Origin: Utricularia gibba
Lineage: Eukaryota; Plantae; Magnoliophyta
Direction: 5' to 3'
DNA: 64,000 nucleotides
Assembly (NCBI GenBank): GCA_002189035.1
Contig: NEEC01000007.1
Span: forward strand, 186,001 to 250,000
Each line of letters starts with the position of its first letter. Positions within the stretch are counted from its first letter, which is position 1. This document shows, one piece after another, positions 1 through 13,799 of this stretch. A program made the translations under genes and the position numbers. The notes under the pieces are model-generated. The model ran no database searches and was not told the origin of the DNA. It worked only from the letters and a program-made list of their open reading frames with translations.

Positions 1-85
1 ATCTCCCCTTTCCTCTGGATCCATCATCCTTCACTGTTCATAACAACGCATGCAACTCATCTTTTTGTGTGCTTTGCATGTTAAG

Positions 86-1010
86 TGGGAGAGACGGTGC
101 ATCAAGGTGTTGTGGCGAAATCAAAGCTCGGAGGATGCATGATTCAGGACGAAGTAGAGTGGGATCAATTTAAGAATGGTAATAAAATGACTCTCTCCGA
201 CGCCATTCCAGCTGCATTTGATAAGCTGTTGATTTTAATGCTTTTCCTACAGCCATTCGAGCAAAGATGCAGGAATCCCTCCTACTCACACAAGTCAGGT
301 GAGTCTATGTGGAACCATCCATCATCAGATTTGTTTTAACAACCTGTAGTGAGAAAGCTCGACTGTTCACAACTATTTCATTCCAGTAAACGGGTCTCTC
401 AATCGACTCCTCCATTGAAACTTGCACCCAAGGATGGAAACCTTCCTTTCCCAAGCAACAAGCCAAGCAAAGATTCAGGTCTCTTCTTTGTCTTGCTGAA
501 AATGTGATGCTGTGCGTGTTGCGTGGATGCCCATGGCCATTCAGATAAAGCTGTTGCATAGCTATTTTGCTTCTGTTTGAGATTGAAGTTCCGTTGCTTT
601 GATTTTGTGCAATTCAGGGAGGACAGATGCATCGCCGCGCAGGTTTCCTTTTTTCCGGTCGAGCTCACTCTCCATCAAGGCATCGACACCAAGAGCATCA
701 CGGTCGAGCACACCGAATAAGAGCCGGCCCACCACCCCCGACCCGTCGATGCACCGTCAATTTGTGCGCTTCCCGATCTCATTCTCTCTTCATGCATGCA
801 CACATCATCGTAGTGATGTTCTCTTGTGTCCTGTTTCAGTACATCTCAGAGCCTCGAAAATCATCATCCGCACAGACGTCGGTGGGTAAAGGGAGCCCTA
901 AACACAGTGGGGAGCTTTCGAACAAGAGCAGGAACCTTCTAAAATCGCTGCTGTTGCAGCGGAAGTCGAGAAGAGACGATATGCTCTACACCTACCTTGA
1001 TGAGTACTGA
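86..1010 (+). CDS. 3' part of an unidentified spliced gene (5' end outside the window)
   Basis: Five GT-AG exons join in frame: 86-178, 253-298, 387-478, 618-763, 840-1010. Product: ...GGCMIQDEVEWDQFKNAIRAKMQESLLLTQVSKRVSQ...SSTPNKSRPTTPDP...SRNLLKSLLLQRKSRRDDMLYTYLDEY*. The donor at 479 is weak and I do not recognise the family. Confidence 0.65.
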
Positions 1011-1839
1011 TGGAGAAGGCGGAATGCGTTACAGATTGATGATTCTTCGCTCATGCCCTTTCGGGCTCCATTATGTTCTCATCTTCCTATGAACAGCTCA
1101 GGAAAGAATAGGAATTAACTGGTAGCAGAACTCTGATCAGCCAAAAGGATGAGAAATCCTTTTCCTACATGCAAAATGGGGAACATACGTGACCGCAAAA
1201 CCATATCCTCCCCATCTTTGAGTGTCAGCTTGTGCGTGATGAAGGCTCACATAATCCAACTCCCCCATGCTTGCCTCTAATTTTTATAGCACCACATAAA
1301 CCCTTCACTACCAAACGACTACGTTTCTAGAGTTCAAACAACTTCATATCGTTTCATCCCACAGCAGATGTGAAAAAAAAAGGAACACTGATTTATCCAA
1401 GCCACTGGCTTTAGAATGGGAAAGGATGAAATGCATAGGGCAAAATATAACTGTATTAACATAATAATGACAATACAACGACATAAGCACCAGGAAAGGA
1501 GATATCATTCTCAACATATCCCAAAGTCATCCCAAATTTCATGATGTCCAAATCTGCATACTATAGAAGGATGTATGCAACTTACAAAATGTTCAAACAC
1601 TTCCATGGGTGGAAATCTGTAATTCAGAGTGGAGCGCCGGAGATGACGGCCTCGGAATCACAACTGCAACAATGACAGACTGACTACTGCAATGCAAACA
1701 TGCAAATGGAACCCCAACAGAATGCATGGAACAGGATTACCTATACTAGCCCCCTCCAAGTTTACACGTCAGAGGAAACTAATGACAAACAAGTGCAAAG
1801 TGAACAAGGACAGACACGCGAGGGAATGCATGGATGCAC

Positions 1840-1881
1840 ACTATGACAAAACCTACCATGACTATGACAAAACCTACCATG
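1840..1881. repeat. 21-bp direct tandem duplication (2 copies)
   Basis: actatgacaaaacctaccatg at 1840-1860 and 1861-1881. Confidence 0.9.
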
Positions 1882-2420
1882 ATGCATGTGTAAGAAACGA
1901 TCGGATGCGTTTCAGGGTATTGAAGTATTGCTCAATAAATTGATATACATATATTCCCTGGTTCGGAATTCATCTCGGTCAACCAAATGGCCACCAAGAT
2001 CATAGAAGGTCTGGCTTTGCTCAGTGCACCTAACCATGATGGGGTGCAATGGAACCCACAAGATCATTTAATTATGACTCAGCAACTGACCCTCGGAAAA
2101 GCCAGACATTCAAACTTGAGGGGTCTCGGCAACATAACACCCGACAACCCTCCCCACCATGTCCCCAACCCAACCCCGATCCCGACCCCTTATGCAGTAC
2201 AGTCACCCCAGCCCCACGCCCACCCCAACCCCACCCTCTCCCTCACACCTAACCGGCAATACCCATCCCCCCCCCCCCCCCTCCCCAAGATGCTGATGCA
2301 TGAGTTAGTGATAATAACCAGAAAAGGGCATAGATTTACCCAGCCCAACCAAGACCCTGACGACAAGACACAACCATATGCATGCAGTTAATGAAGGGAT
2401 GCAACAAGCAGACACCGTCC

Positions 2421-5108
2421 TCAAACAGATATGGCACGACTAATGGCCGACCTGGCCCACTCTGCTGATTCCTTGATCAAATGGTCATCTGAAGACAAAC
2501 ATTCAGTTAAGAAATCTTTGCTTGACAACGATTGTTGGATTAGAGAGCCAGCATTGCTTCCGAGAGTATCAGCCAAATCTCCAAGGACACCTATAGCAGT
2601 CTTCATCACAACATCATCCCTGGATCAAAAATAGATGACACAATTAGATTAGAGAAAGAATTTCATTTCATACAATTTCAAAGATTCATTAACTCACATA
2701 TCCTTCTCCATGTAAATGCTATCCAGGAATTGCAATATGTGAGGCGCATAAGAAATCAAAAGTTGGGTTTTAGGCGAATTCTTGAAGCCCTGAAATATCC
2801 CTGAATAAGCCTCCAATATTCCGTTTCTAAGAAGATTTGTGTACTCAATCATTTCATCATCAACTCCAGATGTATGGGCAGATAACTCTGCCGCACTCTG
2901 TAACATTGGCATAGCATAGATCAAGTATTTCTCAAAATTCTCACCAATTGAGAGGGCAATATCACCGAAGCATGAAAAGATAGGAGGTTTAACAGATCGA
3001 TGAAGCTGATTGCTCGATAGGTCTTTCAGAAGTTGTGTCATTATACCATCGCAATAAGGCAGAATCTTATCCTCCAAAGCCCTGCAGATATCCCCAACAA
3101 CACCAACAGTGACAGCACAAACTTGGTACTCCTCAAAATTCTGAAGTCCCATCTCCAGATATTTGTAAAGATCTGGCATGTATTTAGCAAAGTTTGGGCC
3201 TGTAGCATAGGCAAGTGCTCCAATTGCAAGCATTGCTTCTTCATGCACAGTAGCATTTCTGCAACCAAAAACTTGAAGAAAGAGACTCATTATCTGATCT
3301 GCATACTGCATCAAAGCAAACTTAGTCGGCTCTGATGTGCCCAATTTCTGAATAATAACCTGCAAGCACCCACATAGAAGACCTTGTAGCTCTATTTGCT
3401 TCTCTCTTTCACCAGAAGAAATTTTATGGGCTTCCAGAGTCTTGTGTAGCTCAGCCATGATGACTTGAATAAGTTCCAACACTAGGCGAGCTGTCTCCCC
3501 AGTTGAGCACCGAACTACCTCATTCAGAGTCTCGTAAGCTGCAGTCAGGAGCCGTGATTCACTGGCATCTTCTCTATGGGACACATTCAGAAGGGCTTGT
3601 ACAATTTCTTGAAAGTAGGGAGTTAACGGTGAGGTTGAACCAACATCCTCATAACCTTGGGCCAGAAAATACAGAGCGCCACAGGCTTTCTCAGCTACAT
3701 TTGGCGCGTCTTTCATGCTTTGGAGAAGAACAGAAATAATCTGCTGGCAGTTGGCTGCCGTAATAATGGGAGCTTCTGTTGTTGAGCCATGCAGAAATTC
3801 AAAGATCCTTCCCAATGTCCATGCTGTTGTGTCCTTGACATGGCTACTGGAATCATTTGTGAGAGCAGTGAGCATGAAACTTAGTGCAACATTAACAATA
3901 GGTGTTAACTTGCTAGGAGAAGGCCCTTCCAGTATGGAACCAAAAGCGTATGTAGCAGCTTCTCTCTGCCTCCAATCAGCTCTTGCAATATTTTCTTCAA
4001 TGAATGGCATAACAAGAGGTACGATCTCATCCCCTACCGTACGGGAAACAAGCCCAAGACAAGTTCCACCAGCCATTGCAAGATTCCATGCACCTTCATC
4101 TTGATCTTGATCTTCTTCTTGTTTAAGTAGCGTCTCCAACAACATGGGCACTAGTGCAGAAAGTGCCTGCTTGATAAAATAATAGCATGGAACATCAGAA
4201 TCAGCAGTAAAATCGCCTCCATATTCTTCCAAAATATCAATTTCCTCATCACAGATGGTGCTCCAAAATTCAATTGCCTGGAGGGAAACAGATTCCGCAT
4301 CTTCACGAACAGCTTTTGAAGTGATCATGAAAATGTCTTTTATGTATGGAGCTAGTTTCTCATAATATGTTGAACCAATAGCGACTAAACACTCAAAAGC
4401 AGCCTGTCGAATTTTGACTTCTGGAGAAAGAGTCGCTTCACAAACAACTTTCATTATGTAATCCCTTTCCATGTCATTGGAAAAGTTCGCCTGGGCAAAC
4501 CCAAGAGCATTATAAATAGCACGAGTTGCTGCAAGACGGACATCTGTGTTACCTTCACTTGCATTCATTGATTGCACCACAGCCGTAAGAATCCTATTCA
4601 CGTGATCCTGATCAAGGACATCTGGATCAACTTCTTCGCATATATATCCAAGAGTTTCGAGGGAAGCTTGTTTGGCATGAGGAGGAAGTTGGTGAATATT
4701 TGACAGCAGGGAGCCTATTAGCTCAGGCCACTGCTTCTGTGGCAGTTCAATTCCAGCAACCTTGGCAATAACTTGTGATGCAGTAGACCTAGCATCATGC
4801 ACAACTGAAGAGAGTGTTTGCAACAAGAATACCTTAATCTGGCTCCTCAGCCCCACGTCCAAAGATAACCACCTTTGCACAAGTTCATATTTCCTATGCT
4901 GCTCTTTCGCATCGAGAGCATTTTTAAGAACCAACCCTGCCAACTTGCGGCTCTCTGCAGGCTTCTCCTCACTCACTAACTCTGAGGACAAAGATAACAA
5001 GAAACCGGGAAGGTTTTGCTCTTGAAACTGTTTCAAAGTGTCCTCAGCATGTTTTCTCACAGTAGAATCAACAGATTGAGCATTTAAGAGAAACTGTGTG
5101 ACTTCCAT
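2421..5108 (-). CDS. KPNB1: Importin subunit beta-1 (karyopherin beta 1)
   Basis: HEAT-repeat protein MEVTQFLLNAQSVD...WRQREAATYAFGSILEGP...HRSVKPPIFSCFGDIAL. Exons are 5108-2698 and 2619-2421 (junction KDM|DDVVMKTAIGVLGDLADTLG). The true ATG is 5108, just after a 5'UTR intron acceptor; the ORF-track start at 5195 is intronic. Confidence 0.97.
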
Positions 5109-6177
5109 GGAAAGGGCGTACCTGCAAGCATCATTCAATTTATTAATTATAACAGCAGCAGAATAAATCAAGGGCCAGCAGAAAACGTAAAACAAACCAT
5201 GCTTCGTACTTGATTTACACGAGAGTAACGTACATTAATAAAATAACTGGAAATCAGCATGATCCCTTGACATCCAAACAGGGACAAAAACGAAACTGTG
5301 GGTCTGTGAGTGTATGTGTAATGAGATCCAATCAAAGGCAACCCAGCCACGCACAACGAGAAAACTCATAAACAAGTTGATAATTTAAACAATGACCATG
5401 GTAGTTCTGAAGGATAAATTCTAAAAACTCTATGAAAAGCGATGAACACAATCAGATCTTGAACACTCCACCCGACAGCCCACATTCGGGCTCGCCATCA
5501 ATCAGATGTACCCGGCTACAACCAAGCAGAAGCGACGAAGGAAAAGGGCCATTTTAAAAATTATAGCGCATAAAAATCCGCAGCACTAAAACAGCCATCA
5601 CAAACTACAAGGAACAACATCTACTACATCAAACATAAAAAAGCATAAATAACTAATTCGATCCAAGAGAGTAAACGTCGACCAAACGAAACCCCTTCAG
5701 ATGTTAGGAAGCAAAGCGACCAACATATCTCTCAAAAAAATTCACAATAAAGCGATCAGATCAAGCAATCAAACAGATCTATCGGTGACCAAGACAACGT
5801 TACTGAATTCAAATCCCGCTTCCCTTGAAACAAAAATAAAACAACCGCACCAACCCAAAATCAAAAGAAGAATGTAACCAATTGCTACAAAAGTCAACTA
5901 CCTCCGGACGGCAAAAATACTATCAACGAAGACAGCGAGATGAATTCTCTCGTCGATCGGGGAATTTTAGGAAGGCGGGCCTAAAAACCCTAAGCGGAGA
6001 TGTAGAGCGAAAAAAGTAAGAAACCCGAGAGGGAAAGAGAGAGAGAGAGTGAGAAAACGCAACCTCACCTCGGAAAACCAAGTCTCATAAAAATAAATAA
6101 ATAATAAACCCCCTTTTTTCAAAATTTCCGTATCTCCAATCTCCATCTCCGAGAACCGACCACGGAGTGCCTGCTAC

Positions 6178-6304
6178 GGGCCCACAATAATAATAGTTTT
6201 CTTTTTCGGGAACTTCTATTTGTCCGCTGCGTTTCAGGCCCAAATCATTGTATGGGCCGCGGTCGGAGGCCCATTGAGTTCGAACCGAGGGATGGACTTG
6301 GGCC
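6178..6304 (-). promoter_or_regulatory. Site II/TCP motif cluster, KPNB1 promoter
   Basis: GGGCCCAC 6178, GGCCCA 6237 and 6268, TGGGCC 6253 and 6299. They lie upstream of a probable 5'UTR-intron donor at about 6069. Confidence 0.6.
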
Positions 6305-7243
6305 TGCAAGACAGAAGCTGTTAAAAGAGTTTTACTTACCCGTATATAATATGTAGGATTTCTGCGGTGCACCGCCGTACGGCGTGGAGGTGGAACTGAT
6401 GTTGAAGGCGGGGGAAGCAACTGACAAAACGCAGCCTTGTGAATTTATTCCTGGGCTACAACGACCACGTTTCGCGTTTTTACCGGGGGGCCACCCGCTG
6501 TGAATGTGGATTTTACTGCCACGTACACCTCCGGTAACAGAACAAAATAATAAACAAACAAACCCACAAAGCGGATGACAATTCCCCAGAAGTCTCCCAT
6601 GACAGACGCAGCGCAGCAGCAGCAGCAGACATTTGCTTCAGAATTTCAGATTCCCTCCTCCTCCTCTTCCTCCTCCTTTACCTCAACAAAACACCTTTGC
6701 TCCACAACAATTGGAATATTAGGTATTTAATATTATAATGCTGCATTTTTGGGAATAATGAGACATCGAATTAAGACAAATAAGGCACGAACTCCCAGGC
6801 CATAAATCTGCTAAAATACACACAACCAAGGAAAGATGCCCCGGAATTCAGAAATCTCACAATCCCATGTCTGCTCAAATGTGGTACCTTTGGGTAGCCT
6901 CTGTTCATGTCTCGGGCATGCTAAGCTCCAAAACATGGATAAGTGAATACTATTGTGTATTTCAGAAATGGAAAATAGATGGGGGTGAGAAAAACAATCC
7001 ATTGGAGTCAGTCTCAGGAAATAATTTTAGTTGCACTGTGAGATATTCATGGGTGGAAGACAACAAATTGTAAGATCCAAAACACACCACTAGCCAGCCC
7101 TTCCCTTGATGTAGCTTTCTGTGTTTCCTTTCCTTTCTTCCTTCCCCATTCGCATCACCTTTATCTCTCTCTAGCCTCTCTCTCTAACCTCCTTTATCTC
7201 CTTTCTTTCTTTCATCTTCTCCTTTTTCTCCACCTTTCATTCC

Positions 7244-8327
7244 ATGGATTCTTCTCAGTGGCCACAGGTAAATAAAAGCATCAAGTTTATTGCTTTCCTT
7301 GATGATGGTGTCTGCTTCTCTTTCAAAACCCTTGATATATTTTTCTCTTCTTCCCTTTTTTGTTTCGTGATTCCTTTCTCCCGTCGTAGTGTTACTCCTT
7401 AATCTGTCACTGAGCAAAGTGTTGTAATCCCTTCATTTTTCTCCTGTCCTTTGTCGTTCAACTGCTTTTTTTTTTCTGTTGTTTTTGTTTTCTACTCCTT
7501 GACTTGGTTGAAATCTGCTCTTCATTTGTACTTATGGATCAGTTTTTTGTCACCAGGGAATTGAAGGATTAGTAGTCAGACCAGTTGAAACTGCGGAAGC
7601 TCAGAAGCCAGTTCTTGTGGAGAAGAAGCCTCGCCCTCCAAAGGAACAAGCTTTGAATTGTCCAAGGTGCCACTCCACCAACACGAAGTTCTGTTACTAC
7701 AACAACTACAGCCTTTCTCAGCCCAGATATTTCTGCAAGAACTGTAGAAGGTATTGGACGGAAGGTGGCTCTTTGAGAAACGTTCCTGTCGGTGGTGGTT
7801 CGAGAAAGAACAAAAGATGCTCCTCTTCTTCATCAACCACCGCTTCGTCTTCGAAGAAACTGGTCCAAGATCTCAATCCGCAACCATCTTTTCTCTCTGC
7901 AAACCCTAAGATTCAACATGGGCATGACCTAAATTTGGCCTACAGTTTGAATCCCTTTTTACCTGAATTCCCCTTCGGGCTAGATGTGAAAACCATGAAC
8001 AACACTTCTAGTTCAAAGGCTACCCATCTGTCTTCCTTGGATCTTCTGAAGCCAGTGACATTTACATCTGGACAAAGCAGCACTTTCATGGCTGATAACA
8101 GGAGTAATAACTCTAACGTGTACTGCTCTTCACTTCCTGTGCATGATCTGAAATCAGGTCTGGGGTTTTCTCTCGATGGGCTGAACCAGAATGTGTACGG
8201 TGGAAGTCCATCTTCGAGGCTTCTGTTTCCCTTCGACGAGCTGAAGCCGGTCTCGTCTGCCAACGAGTTCGGGCGGGATGAAGCCACCGGCTATTGGAAC
8301 GGCGTGCTAGATGGTGGCTCGTGGTGA
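7244..8327 (+). CDS. Dof (C2-C2) zinc-finger transcription factor, DOF4.6/DAG-like group
   Basis: Exon 1 (7244-7267) encodes MDSSQWPQ. Exon 2 (7557-8327) has [50 protein letters not shown] and ends [12 protein letters not shown]. Confidence 0.95.
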
Positions 8328-9651
8328 AGTGAAACACAGAGGGAATAGAAATGCATTGCAATGAAACGAATGTGGTTGACGCTGGTGTGGTGATTTGTGT
8401 TGTTTGATCATTTTGCTTGGTTTTTCTGACAGAGAGGGGAGAAGCTTTTATCTTGTGTTTGGATGAACCATGGGTTATCCGCAATCCGAGAAAAGAATCG
8501 GATCATCGTATGAAACCTAACATATAGATAACTTTGCAGAAAATGCAGGTGGGTTTGGTTTGGTTTGGTTTGGCTTGGTTTCATCCTCTCCTCCCTTCTC
8601 CAAAGTTGCTCTCTTGGGTGTTTTTGACCTGGTGTTTCTTTCTTAGATATGCTTCCTGTGTGTGGTCTGTTCCCCAGTGTAAATGATCTCATTCTCAACA
8701 TGGCATTTACATTTTCCCTAATTTTCAAGAAATCCAGACAGGCATCGGGCTCTTACACACTAATAGCACTCTAAACACCTATGGCAGCATGATCAGTGAT
8801 GAGCTCCTCCACAAAGGGTGCGCCTGCGTTGTCCCTTTCATTTAGGGCATGTGCCTCTGAGATCAAACTTGGAACTGGGAGTTTTCAGGATGGTCCCGCG
8901 CTCTCCCATTCCCCATGCTTTTCCCTTTCCTCCATCAGCCATCAGCACTCAGCACTCACTCCCATTCAAATTCTAAGAACACGAAGCCACCAGCAGCTCA
9001 TCATGGTTCTCATTTACAAATGCTTTTCAAGAAAAAGGAGAATGGGAAGGCTACCACCACAAGGCGAGGCGATGTGTGTGTCAGAAGCATCTGTGTGTTC
9101 TTGCGATTCCTCCAACCACAACAGCACCTTGGTACTTGCGGGGCCAGCACCACTCACTCTCCCACCCTCTTGCCTTTTAGCACACAGCACATGCAGACCC
9201 ACTCATCCCTTTCAATTTTACAATAAAAATCTTGAAACACATTCGTTTGGGAGGAGCTGCGAAGTTCATCATCGTCACCACGTGGAATGCACGTGAGGAA
9301 GCTTGCCGTGGCAGAGACGCATGGATCACATAGAAACGCATACGGCTTTGTCTTCCAGAACCATGGTTTATCTTCTATTATGATTCGGTCCACAAGGAAA
9401 TTAACGGTTACATTTTATTTATTTGTCATTAAAAATGTAAAAAAAAAAAGAAAAACAAAGAGGAAAAAGAAAAGTTCGTTGGCCGAGGGGGTACGGTAGT
9501 GGGGGGCCCCACGAACATCCCGGCGTGCCGCACTCGCTGTCCTGCGGGTGGGTCCCGCTTTCCACTATCATTCCCTGTTGGAATGCTTGCGTAGCCGATC
9601 CCTCTCCTAGCGCTAGCACTTGGCAGCTTCCTAGTTGCGGTTGGAGCCGGT

Positions 9652-11112
9652 TCAGTTTTCTTGAACCGGGTTCACGTTCTCTTTTTCTCTCTCACTGGCG
9701 TCAAAGTCCACGGAAGCTTTTCTACTTCGGGCTCTCAGAAGCCCATACAGATTCTTGATCTCTTTGATTGGGTGGATTCCGTTCTGTCCATCCTTCACCA
9801 GGCCCCCCAGTTGAAGGCAGTCTTCCTCAGGTTGAGCCTGTGCGATACGGTTCATCCGTTTCCCGAACCGCCCACCTGAGTCCATCTCTAGAGCCGAGAT
9901 CACCGTTTTCAAGGCGCGGCTTGGGGAGGTCCGGTTCGATATCAGGATCTCGCATACCTCGGCGTGGCTCAGTGTGGCTCCGGTCTGAAATATTTCTTCC
10001 AATTGGGGAAACAGTTTGTGGTCCTTGAGCCCTAGATGGCTGCTCGCTAGGGATTTGAATGCAGTGAAATCGCAGAGGGGGAAATGGATGTGGACGTCGA
10101 TTCTTCCCGGGCGGAGGAGGCTTGCCTCGACGTTTTCTTTGCTGTTCATTGTGAAAACCATCACCCGCTCGTCGCCACAGCCGGAGAGCAGGCCGTCCAT
10201 GAAATCGAGGATCCCGGCGAGGGTGACGGAAGTCGTTTGATCGTTGAAGTAGCGATCGAGATCCTCGATTACGATCAAGGATTTAGCGGTGGTCTGTAAG
10301 AGGAGATATTTGAGATCTGAATCGCTGCTCAGTTTGCGGAGATCGATCACGTAAATGTCGTAGCTGAGGAACTTGGCCATCGCGGCGATGAAGGTTGATT
10401 TACCGGTGCCGGCACAGCCGTAGAGCAGATAGCTTCGCTTCCAAACGCGGCCTAACCGGTGGTAATACTGCCTGGATTTGAGGAAATTCTCCAAATCGGT
10501 TTTGATCCTCGTTTTCAGATCCGGATCCATAACGATCGTCTCCATGGTAGCTGGGTGTGTAAACGGTGTCGACCTCCACCGCCCGTTCGCAGAGGGATCA
10601 TTCTCAACGTTTACGAACAGTTTTACGGTTTTTCTCTTCTGCTCCATTTCATCATACACCTGATGAATATGCTGCAAATAAGGTACCAGAATTCTGCGCC
10701 TATTGCTTTTCCTGATCTTCATGACCAGCGATTTCGCTCCACCTTCTCCGCCGCTTTCGGTTCTCCACTCGACCCTGGAACCGAGAAACTTGTCCACCGT
10801 TACCTGATTCTCATCAAGAACAACGTTGATTTCCGACGACCGCGAACTCGAACACAGGTTCGCAAAATCGGATTCCCCAACAGAAGGAAGCGAGTTCAGG
10901 TACGAATAAACCTTTCGATACAGTAAATTCTCTTGCATATTCTCATTGAACTTAGGCACCTTGTAGAACTGATGAACATACCATTTATTCTCCAGAAAAC
11001 TCCGCAGCATATCCAGGAAAAGAATCAACCTTGTTCGAAGCAGAAATCCCAGAGCCACACCCACCAAAACAATCCATAAATTGGGGACCGCAGAGAAATT
11101 CACCACAACCAT
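9652..11112 (-). CDS. BCS1-like AAA ATPase (At2g46620-like), intronless
   Basis: 486-aa ORF with an N-terminal TM segment, YYHRLGRVWKRSYLLYG, Walker A GCAGTGKST, Walker B IVIEDLD and LLRPGRIDVHI. Confidence 0.93.
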   Translation of the reverse strand: MVVVNFSAVPNLWIVLVGVALGFLLRTRLILFLDMLRSFLENKWYVHQFYKVPKFNENMQENLLYRKVYSYLNSLPSVGESDFANLCSSSRSSEINVVLDENQVTVDKFLGSRVEWRTESGGEGGAKSLVMKIRKSNRRRILVPYLQHIHQVYDEMEQKRKTVKLFVNVENDPSANGRWRSTPFTHPATMETIVMDPDLKTRIKTDLENFLKSRQYYHRLGRVWKRSYLLYGCAGTGKSTFIAAMAKFLSYDIYVIDLRKLSSDSDLKYLLLQTTAKSLIVIEDLDRYFNDQTTSVTLAGILDFMDGLLSGCGDERVMVFTMNSKENVEASLLRPGRIDVHIHFPLCDFTAFKSLASSHLGLKDHKLFPQLEEIFQTGATLSHAEVCEILISNRTSPSRALKTVISALEMDSGGRFGKRMNRIAQAQPEEDCLQLGGLVKDGQNGIHPIKEIKNLYGLLRARSRKASVDFDASEREKENVNPVQEN

Positions 11113-12617
11113 GGCGCGCCACTACAAACACCCTGAATAGATACCGAAAAGCCGGGGTTGTTTGAATGAATCCAAAATGACCTCTGTCTTAGTTTCCAAG
11201 ATATGAGGCCATGGATTGAAACTATGCATCAATTGCCATTAAGATGGATGAACAGAACACATGATGAAGCTATACAGCTTGCAGGAAGGCGAATTTATTG
11301 TAAGCTACCTTTTACCCGGCGCTCTTTTTCTTCCTTTTCTTTTTTCGGGTCCTGTGCGAATGAGTGCAATTTCGCAGAGAGGAAGGAACAAGGAAGGGTA
11401 TTACAGGTTTGAATGGGTGGAGGAAAAATCAAATACCAACCAAAATCAACCCCCTCCTCCCCGTTGTTTGGCTAACCGGTCAACGCTAATCTTAGTAAAA
11501 CTTTGGAATTTTCTTTTGTGAAAGTATCCTCGTTTCACTAGTTGCGTCACATAGTTCCTGTGGACGAGAAGACGATTCTCGATGCCCTGTGTACGTGTTT
11601 CTTTTGACCAGAGATGGGAAAGATCCGGAAGTTTTATCGGGAAAGTCAATTTCGTACGCCGTGACACATTCTTCTTGGAGGATTTTGTGCTCTTTCGCCT
11701 AGTTTGAGATAGTCTAACTTACTTAAGGTGAATCCATGTGATTAAGAATTATCACACGTGTTACAATTTATTGTTCATCACAGACCGTGGTAAAATTACA
11801 AGGGTGTTAATGGTGCACCGTTAATGTAATTAAGCACCTTGTGTTGTTGACTAATCAGGATTGGATTTTTTTTTTTTTTTGTTTTTTGCAGTGTGAGAAG
11901 ATTCTTTGATGACTTGTGGCGAGACTACTTCGTAGGATTTCGCCATTTTGTCCCTGTAGGCACAACCTATTTGAATATGCTCGAATAAAGAAAGGTAGGT
12001 AAGCATTCGGTCCATCATCATGCATTTAAGAGTTACCTTTGGTTGTGCTATTAGACCTTGATCGAATCACAATAACCCAACAGGGGAGAGTAACTTTTGT
12101 ATGGCAGAGGATGAGGAAGGTGGGCAGGGATAGCTTATTCCATGTGGGGGGCGGCCTGATACATTTGTTTATACTGGAATGAATGGTGGTGCAGGCCATG
12201 GACAGTCTGAGAGGACTTGGATATTTCACACCTTCCTTATCTACTGGTTTTTCAGTTCTACCCTCAAAGTTTACTGGCTGTGAATCTTGGATGTGGAATC
12301 AGGGGCGCATTGGGTTCTCTCTACCCACAGGCAAGATGCTTCATCACTGATCAGTTTGTGGTAATGGTAATAGTTGTTCTCTTGGTCACTTTTATGCACA
12401 CCAACCCCCGTATTGGGAACGAGGCCGACTTTTCAAGGTTTTTGACTCTCTCTCCCTGTGATGGATTGTGACCCCGTAACAATAACCACACAGCACCAGA
12501 TAGAACAGTCCAAACTCGAGCCACGTGACTTTCGTTCTTCCGAACTGCAGATGAATTCAATTTCTACTTCAACACCCCAACAACCCCAATAACTGGACTG
12601 GAGATTCGCGATGGTAG

Positions 12618-13799
<1,182 letters not shown>

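Noticed and set aside
1987-2391. 134-aa Pro/Thr-rich plus-strand ORF
   Set aside because: It is a by-product of the C-rich tract downstream of KPNB1, with no signal peptide or recognisable motif.
5109-5195. ORF-track N-terminal extension of importin beta (similarly for ATG13 from 32943 and the UL92-like gene from 31023)
   Set aside because: For KPNB1 and the UL92-like gene the extension crosses a splice acceptor. For ATG13 it begins at a non-ATG codon in U-rich leader or intron sequence. Homology begins at the downstream ATG in all three.
8551-8580. (GGTTT)n and other microsatellites or homopolymers, e.g. GA at about 6035 and AGC at 42990
   Set aside because: Ordinary simple repeats; not telomeric arrays or CRISPR-like.
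8796-9296. 166-aa ORF and overlapping ORFs in the Dof-AAA spacer; also checked for known miRNA precursors
   Set aside because: It has a non-ATG start and no motif. Only a 10-nt partial match to miR167 was seen (about 8787), with no fold-back partner.
10459-10926. Long antisense ORFs opposite the AAA ATPase, Nudix-like, importin and other CDSs
   Set aside because: These are expected shadows of GC-rich coding sequence.
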